From the IMG/VR virus record IMGVR_UViG_3300046167_000167, positions 1 through 53,240 of that record: DNA of 53,240 nt. One strand, written 5' to 3'. The translations under genes were made by a program, and so were the position numbers. The notes beneath the pieces are model-generated. The model did no database searches. It was not told where the DNA came from and was given only the letters and a program-made list of their open reading frames with translations. Below are positions 46,974 to 53,240 of this stretch, in pieces. Every line of letters starts with the position of its first letter. Positions within the stretch are counted from its first letter, which is position 1. The stretch is from a virus. Lineage: Duplodnaviria; Caudoviricetes.

Positions 46974-47243
46974 ATGGCAGGCAAGACTAAGGCTGAGAAG
47001 ATCGCCGCTGGTAAGAAACGTCACGGCTTTACCGCAGTAAATAAGCCACGGCGAGGCGGACCCAAGAAGTTTGAGGTTCTGGCGGTAGAGGGTGACAGCG
47101 TTAAGTATATCACCTTTGGCGATCCAAAGATGGAGATCCGCAAAGATAATCCCGCAGCCCGTAAATCGTTCAGAGCTAGGCACAAGTGTGACACGGCTAC
47201 TAGCAAATTAACGGCCAGATATTGGTCCTGCAAGAAATGGTGA
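46974..47243 (+). CDS. basic conserved phage protein
   Basis: FGDPKMEIRKDNPAARKSFRARHKC..ARYWSCKKW. Confidence 0.8.
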   Translation: MAGKTKAEKIAAGKKRHGFTAVNKPRRGGPKKFEVLAVEGDSVKYITFGDPKMEIRKDNPAARKSFRARHKCDTATSKLTARYWSCKKW

Positions 47244-47247
47244 TCTA

Positions 47248-47412
47248 ATGGCTGCTAAGAAGAAAACAAAGAAGGATGCCTGTTACGAGAAAGTAACGAA
47301 GGCAATGCCGCAAAACTCTGCATATCGGAGCGGTCACATAGTTAAGTGCCGCAAAGTTGGCGCTAAGAATTACAACATAGGCGGCAAAAAAAGTGGCAGC
47401 AAAAAAAAGTAG
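47248..47412 (+). CDS. 54-aa basic protein (not in the ORF track)
   Basis: MAAKKKTKKDACYEKV..SAYRSGHIVKCRKVGAKNY. Confidence 0.7.
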   Translation: MAAKKKTKKDACYEKVTKAMPQNSAYRSGHIVKCRKVGAKNYNIGGKKSGSKKK

Positions 47413-47638
47413 TACCAGCGGTGGCCTAAAGAAGTGGTTCGGACAGAACGGCGGTAAGGGCTGGGTTAACTGTAAGACGGGTGGCCCCTGTGGACGTAAG
47501 TCTAAGAAGAGTGGTGGCTCCTACCCCGCCTGTAGGCCCACTATGGCTCAGTGCAAATCCAAAGCTGGGAAAGCCGCCACAGCAAAGAAAACTTCTTCCA
47601 AGAAGGTAAATTGGAAACCTAAGAGGAAGAAAGCATGA
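47393..47638 (+). CDS. basic conserved phage protein
   Basis: GLKKWF..WVNCKTGGPCGR..YPACRP. Confidence 0.75.
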   Translation: MAAKKSSTSGGLKKWFGQNGGKGWVNCKTGGPCGRKSKKSGGSYPACRPTMAQCKSKAGKAATAKKTSSKKVNWKPKRKKA

Positions 47639-47910
47639 GCGAAGATCGCCTTACCCGAATTGAGGATAAGTTGGACGCACTCTCAAACGCAGTCATTACT
47701 CTCGCCCGAATGGAGGAGCGCATGATTACTGTGTTTAAGCGTATGGACAATATCGATGACCAACAGAAAGCAATGTGGGATCGCATCGTTAAGCTAGATC
47801 AGCTTACTGCGTCCAGAGGCCATAAGCTTCAATTCTTTGAACGGATCTGGTGGATCGTATTCACAGCCTCAATAGGCGCTGGGTTTGTATATATGAGGAC
47901 GATGGGATGA
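47635..47910 (+). CDS. coiled-coil plus C-terminal TM protein (XhlA-like; holin candidate)
   Basis: RLTRIEDKLDALS..LARMEER..single C-terminal TM helix. Confidence 0.55.
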   Translation: MSEDRLTRIEDKLDALSNAVITLARMEERMITVFKRMDNIDDQQKAMWDRIVKLDQLTASRGHKLQFFERIWWIVFTASIGAGFVYMRTMG

Positions 47911-48281
47911 AGACTGAAAAAGAATATACCGAAAAGCAGTTGATGTTCCTAGACGCCCTTATGTCTGAGGAGTGCAAAGGTAATATTAAGAAGGCCATGC
48001 AGGCCGCTGGCTATGCGGACAACACCTCTAGCACGGTAGTCGTATCCGCCCTGAAGGATGAGATTAACGACAGAGCCGCTATGGTGATGGCTATGAATAG
48101 CACCAAGGCAGCTTGGGGTATGGTAGACGTATTAGACGATCCCGGTGCTATGGGCGCTCGTAACTCTATCTCAGCGGCTTCCCAGATACTGGACCGCACA
48201 GGCCTCATTAAGAAAGAGCAAGTAGAAGTTAAGAATACAGGCGGGGCGATGTTTATATTGCCACCGAAGAGCGACGATTGA
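47907..48281 (+). CDS. terS: terminase small subunit
   Basis: YTEKQLMFLDAL..GNIKKAMQAAGY HTH-like N-terminus, AASQILDRTG, FILPPK; directly upstream of TerL. Confidence 0.75.
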   Translation: MKTEKEYTEKQLMFLDALMSEECKGNIKKAMQAAGYADNTSSTVVVSALKDEINDRAAMVMAMNSTKAAWGMVDVLDDPGAMGARNSISAASQILDRTGLIKKEQVEVKNTGGAMFILPPKSDD

Positions 48282-50149
48282 GCATTTGGTTAGATAAGAC
48301 CAGACCTAATAAGACCGCTAAGATACCATACGCATACAAGGAATCTGACCACGATCCCTTAGTTTTAGTAGCTGACGAAGATAAAGCTACAATGGTAGAA
48401 GAGGCCTTAGACTATCTGGAAGATGGACACTCCACCCGCAAGACGGCTGAGTGGCTGACATCCAAAACTGGTGACAGGATTACTCATCAGGGTCTGATAC
48501 ATATATGGAAAGCCCGTAGAGGCCCAGACAGCGAGAAGCCGTCCAAACGTCTGAAGCAGCTTGCCAAAGAAAACCGCAAGCGTAAGCCCAAGACAAAGGC
48601 TGAGAAGACACTGGCCACCGCCAAGCGTAAGCAGACAGATGCTAAACGCAGGCTGACTATGGCGAAGAAGGCCTTAAATGAGCTACAGCCTGCAAAGGAA
48701 TTAGACACTTCCAACTTAGACTTCTCTATCATCGAGAGCGAAAAGCAGAAGCAGGAAGTCGTATTCGCACCCAACGAGGGACCACAGACAGAGTTCCTAG
48801 CGGCCAGCGAAAGAGAAGTGCTTTATGGCGGCGCAGCCGGAGGTGGAAAAAGTTTTGGACTTCTCGCAGACCCCATGCGCTACTTTAGTAACCCTAATTT
48901 CAATGGCTTAATACTACGTCGAACCAACGACGAACTAAGAGAACTAATCTGGAAATCACAGGAATTATACCCCAGAGCATTTCAAGGGGCAAAGTGGGCA
49001 GAGAAGAAGTCACAGTGGACGTTTCCTAGCGGGGCCAAACTCTGGTTAACCTACCTAGAGAGAGATCAGGATGTTTTACGCTATCAAGGGCAGGCCTTTA
49101 GTTATGTAGCATTCGATGAGTTAACTCAGTATCCTACTGATTTTGCTTGGAATTATATGAGATCTCGGCTTCGTACAACCGACCCTACCCTGCCGATATA
49201 TATGAGAGCGACCACAAACCCCGGTGGCGCGGGTCATGGATGGGTAAAGCGCACTTTTATTGACCCGGCTCCAGCTAATACAAAGTTTGTAGCACGGGAC
49301 TTAGAGAGCGGCGATGACATGGTCTACCCTGACGGCCATGAGAAGGCTGGGGAGCCACTGTTCTACCGTCGATTTATACCCGCCAGCCTCAAGGATAATC
49401 CCTACCTCATGGAGGGCGGGCAGTACGAGGCTAACTTGCTGTCTCTACCTGAGATGCAGCGTAGGCAGTTACTTGAAGGAGATTGGGCAGTTGCAGATGG
49501 TGCGGCGTTTTCAGAGTTTAGGTCATCAGTACACGTTATTGAGCCGTATGACATACCGACTGATTGGCGTAGGTTTCGCTCATGTGACTACGGATATAGC
49601 TCTTATAGTGCTGTTCACTGGTTTGCTATTGATCCAAGCTACGGGACACTAGTCAATTACCGGGAATTATACCTGAGTAAGCACACAGGCAGAGACCTAG
49701 CGAAGGCAGTTATAGAAGCCGAAGGCGGTGAGCGTATTGACTACGGCGTACTGGACTCCAGTTGTTGGCATAATCGCGGTCAGTTAGGACCATCTATAGC
49801 CGAAGAGATGATTTCACAGGGTACACGCTGGCGTCCTAGCGACAGAACTAACGGCGCACGGGTGGCAGGCAAGAACCGCTTCCACGAAGTTCTGAAAATA
49901 GACGAAGATACAGGCCTACCGGGCATCCAGTTCTTCAATACTTGCCGCCAGATAATCGCAGACCTGCCCGTCATACCAGCGGACCCTCGAGGTTCTGATG
50001 ACATCGACCCCCGCTACGCATCAGACCACGCATACGACAGTGTCAGATACGCAGTTATGAGCCGACCCAAGGCATTCAGCCCCTTTGATATGGGCCAAGG
50101 CATTCCACAACAAGTCTGGCGTCCCGCAGACACAACATTTGGATACTAA
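48278..50149 (+). CDS. terL: terminase large subunit with an N-terminal extension
   Basis: Walker A YGGAAGGGKS, Walker B FDELT, ATTNPGG, nuclease DYGY and DHAYDSVRY. Confidence 0.93.
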   Translation: MSIWLDKTRPNKTAKIPYAYKESDHDPLVLVADEDKATMVEEALDYLEDGHSTRKTAEWLTSKTGDRITHQGLIHIWKARRGPDSEKPSKRLKQLAKENRKRKPKTKAEKTLATAKRKQTDAKRRLTMAKKALNELQPAKELDTSNLDFSIIESEKQKQEVVFAPNEGPQTEFLAASEREVLYGGAAGGGKSFGLLADPMRYFSNPNFNGLILRRTNDELRELIWKSQELYPRAFQGAKWAEKKSQWTFPSGAKLWLTYLERDQDVLRYQGQAFSYVAFDELTQYPTDFAWNYMRSRLRTTDPTLPIYMRATTNPGGAGHGWVKRTFIDPAPANTKFVARDLESGDDMVYPDGHEKAGEPLFYRRFIPASLKDNPYLMEGGQYEANLLSLPEMQRRQLLEGDWAVADGAAFSEFRSSVHVIEPYDIPTDWRRFRSCDYGYSSYSAVHWFAIDPSYGTLVNYRELYLSKHTGRDLAKAVIEAEGGERIDYGVLDSSCWHNRGQLGPSIAEEMISQGTRWRPSDRTNGARVAGKNRFHEVLKIDEDTGLPGIQFFNTCRQIIADLPVIPADPRGSDDIDPRYASDHAYDSVRYAVMSRPKAFSPFDMGQGIPQQVWRPADTTFGY

Positions 50150-50151
50150 AT

Positions 50152-52299
50152 ATGGCATTGATGGAAAAACCACTACCAGAAGACGTAACAGATACTGATA
50201 TTGCAGTACCCCTTGACGAAGACGGCGATGTAGAGCAAGAAAATATCAATTTTTCTGGTGCGGTGGCCTTTGTAGACAGCCAATATACCCGCGCAAAGGA
50301 CGCACGTTACTCCGACGAAGAGCGTTGGCTGGACTCCTACCGCAATTATCGCGGTATTTACTCCAGTGAGGTACAATTTACCGACACAGAGAAGTCAAAA
50401 GCCTTTATTAAGGTCACTAAGACGAAAGTATTGGCCGCTTATGCCCAAGTTGTGGACGTTCTGTTTGCTGGCAGCAAGTTTCCTATCGGTATTGAGTCCC
50501 GGCAGTTCCCAAACAACCTAGCTGAGTCCGTATCCTACGATCCAAACGCCCTGACAGACGAAAAAGTTAAGGAAAAGGTCAAGGTAGACTACAAAGTACC
50601 AACTTCTATCGTCCGCCCTGACATTGCTAAGGAGCTAGGCCTGTTTAAAGACAACCTAGAGCCAGTAAAAGACGAATTAGAGCTAGGTAGTAAGACAACA
50701 CCGGGTTCCATCACCTTTGAGCCAGCAAAACGTGCCGCCCAGAAGATGGAAAAGCTAATGCACGACCAGTTGGAAGAGACTGACGCGCCTAAGCATCTTC
50801 GATCAGTAGCATTCGAGACCACACTCTTCGGTACAGGTGTATTCAAGGGTCCATTTGCTATGGATAAAGAATATCCACGCTGGGATGCGGAAGGTAACTA
50901 CGATCCACTGTTTGAGACCATCCCTAAGATGGAATACGTCAGCATTTGGGACTTCTACCCCGATCCAGACGCTAGGAATATGTCTGAGGCTGAGTTTACC
51001 ATCCAGCGACACCGACTGAACCGCACACAGATGCGTTCACTAAAGAAACGGCCACACTTCCGCTCTGAGAGCATTGAATTAGCCTTAGAATACGGCGCAG
51101 ACTACCAGAGAGAGTACTGGGAGGACGCCTTAGAAGACGATACAGTAGCATCCTCGATGGAACGCTACGAAGTACTGGAATATTGGGGCATATTGGACGC
51201 AGAATTGGCTGAAGAAGCCGACATTGAGATACCTAAAGAACTAGAAGATCAGGACGAAATTCAGGTCAATATATGGATATCTAACGGCCAAATCCTTCGT
51301 TTAGTGCTAAATCCGTTCACACCCACCCGCATTCCTTACTTAGCAGTGCCGTATGAGCTTAATCCGTACAGCTTTTTCGGCATTGGTGTGGCTGAGAATA
51401 TGCTTGATACTCAATTGCTGATGAATGGCTTCATGCGTATGGCGGTGGATAATGGCGCACTGTCTGGCAACCTATTAATTGAGATCGATGAGACAAACTT
51501 AGTACCGGGACAGGATATGTCTGTGTACCCCGGCAAGGTCTTTCGGAGGCAGTCAGGTCAACCGGGTACTGCGATTAATGGCACTAAGTTCCCCAACGTA
51601 AGCCAAGAGCTTCTTATGATGTTTGACAAGAGCCGACAGCTTGCAGACGAAGCAACAGGTATCCCGTCATACAGTCACGGTTCAGGAGCCGTTGGCGGTG
51701 TAGGTAGGACTGCTTCGGGTATGTCTATGCTCATGGGGGCTGCCGCTCAGAACATTAAGGCCGTTGTCAGAAATATAGATGATTACTTACTAGCTCCGCT
51801 TGGCCGCAGTCTGTTCAGTTTCAATATGCAATTCAATTTCGACAAAGAGTTTATTGGCGACCTCGACGTTAAGGCACGGGGTACTGAGAGCCTCATGCGT
51901 AATGAAGTTCGTAGCCAGAGACTTCTACAGTTCATGCAGATGACGGCTAACCCTGCGATGCAGCCGTTTGTTAAATACGATTACATCTTGCGTGAGTTGG
52001 CTTCCAGCATGGACCTAGACGAAGATAAGATCTTAAACGATCCACGCGAGGCGGCTATCCAACAGAAGATGATGGCCGAGATACAGGCACTCATGCCCCA
52101 GCCCCCAGTACCTCCACAGGGAGCAACCCCTGAAGGCGGACCACCCTCCGTACAAGACCCAACAGGCAACGGCGGCGGTAACGTAGCCCCCGGCCAAGCA
52201 CCTGAACCAGACGCAGCGGGTTTCACAGGCGGCGGCGGTGGAGCCAACGGCGGTAATGCACCACAACCACAGCAACCTCCTCAAGGACCAGTTCAGTAA
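50152..52299 (+). CDS. portal protein
   Basis: 715 aa after TerL; WDFYPDP, FFGIGVAE, RTASGMSML; Pro/Gln-rich tail. Confidence 0.9.
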   Translation: MALMEKPLPEDVTDTDIAVPLDEDGDVEQENINFSGAVAFVDSQYTRAKDARYSDEERWLDSYRNYRGIYSSEVQFTDTEKSKAFIKVTKTKVLAAYAQVVDVLFAGSKFPIGIESRQFPNNLAESVSYDPNALTDEKVKEKVKVDYKVPTSIVRPDIAKELGLFKDNLEPVKDELELGSKTTPGSITFEPAKRAAQKMEKLMHDQLEETDAPKHLRSVAFETTLFGTGVFKGPFAMDKEYPRWDAEGNYDPLFETIPKMEYVSIWDFYPDPDARNMSEAEFTIQRHRLNRTQMRSLKKRPHFRSESIELALEYGADYQREYWEDALEDDTVASSMERYEVLEYWGILDAELAEEADIEIPKELEDQDEIQVNIWISNGQILRLVLNPFTPTRIPYLAVPYELNPYSFFGIGVAENMLDTQLLMNGFMRMAVDNGALSGNLLIEIDETNLVPGQDMSVYPGKVFRRQSGQPGTAINGTKFPNVSQELLMMFDKSRQLADEATGIPSYSHGSGAVGGVGRTASGMSMLMGAAAQNIKAVVRNIDDYLLAPLGRSLFSFNMQFNFDKEFIGDLDVKARGTESLMRNEVRSQRLLQFMQMTANPAMQPFVKYDYILRELASSMDLDEDKILNDPREAAIQQKMMAEIQALMPQPPVPPQGATPEGGPPSVQDPTGNGGGNVAPGQAPEPDAAGFTGGGGGANGGNAPQPQQPPQGPVQ

Positions 52300-52463
52300 T
52301 GTGGATGCTCTTATTTTTCCAGTTAGTGAATAACAACGTAACTCACTATAAGCTAGGCCAGTATCCCAGCGAAAAAGTATGTCAGGAACAAAAGACTAAG
52401 GCTTCTGTCTTAGTGACTACTACCAACATTGCCCTCTACTGCTTTGAGATCACAAATGGATAA
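52299..52463 (+). CDS. 54-aa small Cys-containing protein (not in the ORF track)
   Basis: MWMLLFFQLV..YPSEKVC..LYCFEI; TAATG-coupled to the portal. Confidence 0.6.
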   Translation: MWMLLFFQLVNNNVTHYKLGQYPSEKVCQEQKTKASVLVTTTNIALYCFEITNG

Positions 52464-52734
52464 AGTAAAATTACCTTTGGCCCTAGTCTTAGCTATGGCC
52501 GTACAATTAGTGGGTGCAGTCTGGTGGGTATCAAAGCAGTCCTACACTATAGATAGTCTACGCGAAGAAGTTTCTAACCTACAGGAAGTTACAAAAGTTA
52601 TAGATTTAGACGTAGCCCAATTAATACTCTTCGCCACATTTACAGAAAACCGCTGGGCCGAAGCCTATGCAGAGGACATGACCTACATCCGCCAATTTGG
52701 CACAAAGGCTGTCCCTAAAAATACAGGCAAATAA
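52456..52734 (+). CDS. membrane-anchored coiled-coil protein
   Basis: MDKVKLPLALVLAMAVQLVGAVWWVSK. Confidence 0.7.
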   Translation: MDKVKLPLALVLAMAVQLVGAVWWVSKQSYTIDSLREEVSNLQEVTKVIDLDVAQLILFATFTENRWAEAYAEDMTYIRQFGTKAVPKNTGK

Positions 52735-52949
52735 TGGATAAACAGTTTTTCAGGGAGCTTCTGCCCCTAGTCAACGACAGAGAGCAGTACTCCTCGTTAA
52801 AGGACTACGCAAAGGCCCGCATACTACATTACCACGGTCTGCTTGAGACTACTAAGGATCACCAGCGAGTATTAGAAATTCAGGGAGCTATAGCGGAATT
52901 GAAGCGCATAGAGACCCTGAGAGATGAAGTTACTAAGGGAGCCGAATAA
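52734..52949 (+). CDS. conserved small portal-adjacent protein
   Basis: 71 aa; LEIQGAIAELKRIETLRDEV. Confidence 0.75.
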   Translation: MDKQFFRELLPLVNDREQYSSLKDYAKARILHYHGLLETTKDHQRVLEIQGAIAELKRIETLRDEVTKGAE

Positions 52950-53240
52950 TGGGTCTGTATGAGTTTATGTTTGGTGGGGAAGAGGCCTCTGAAGAGACCG
53001 AAACTATGTTTGGGTTTACCGCAGAAGGTGCGACACAGGAAGCAGAAAAACTTGCAGTAGATATCCCAGAGATCACTTGGAAAGACGTAGGCAATGTAGC
53101 CTTAGACTTCACCCCTATCATAGGAGACATCAAGGGCGGTTATGAGACCGTCCAGATGATTGGTGAGGAGCTATCTCAAGAAAACCCTAACTACTATCTA
53201 ATAGGCGCTATGGGCGGCTTAGGGGCCGCTGCCACGATCA
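52949..53240 (+). CDS. N-terminal part of a ~775-aa virion-region protein that continues across the window end into 1..2036; pre-toxin-TG-like segment
   Basis: ATG at 52949 overlaps the upstream TAA; no stop to the end (MGLYEFMFGG...DFTPIIGDIKGGYE...GLGAAATI); base 53240 plus bases 1-2 give ATT, then GGA CTA GTG in frame with ORF 9..2036. Confidence 0.85.
   Translation, partial: MGLYEFMFGGEEASEETETMFGFTAEGATQEAEKLAVDIPEITWKDVGNVALDFTPIIGDIKGGYETVQMIGEELSQENPNYYLIGAMGGLGAAATI

Overview
The window looks like a complete, circularly permuted ~53.2 kb genome of a temperate marine podovirus of the HMO-2011 / Roseobacter CRP type. The last ORF (from 52949) runs in frame across the window end into the first ORF. 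There are three arms. (1) A + strand packaging, structure and lysis arm (44655-53240 and 1-26323): terminases, portal, scaffold, major capsid, tail tube A/B, fibres, ejection proteins, lysozyme and spanins. (2) A - strand replication and integration arm (39213 to 26473): tyrosine integrase, ThyX, an attP matching a tRNA 3' half (probably tRNA-Asn), primase, helicase, family A DNA polymerase with a DnaJ-like CxxCxGxG insert, nucleases, MazG-like protein and class II RNR. (3) A + strand cluster of small early genes (39509-43742), followed by a repeat-rich non-coding region. No RNA polymerase and no recognisable CI repressor were found. The most striking unexplained structure is a ~75-nt minus-strand RNA unit at 26326-26400 with a candidate sigma70 promoter and an intrinsic terminator. 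It is complementary to a conserved (AACC)n..GACCAATC leader that overlaps the ribosome-binding regions of at least five early and integrase-operon genes, making it a candidate multi-target antisense regulator. A phage DUF1127 protein and a perfect-consensus antisense promoter may belong to the same layer. Several frameshifts (tail fibre, lysozyme, exonuclease) look like sequencing indels. All family calls come from motif recognition by eye; no database searches were run.
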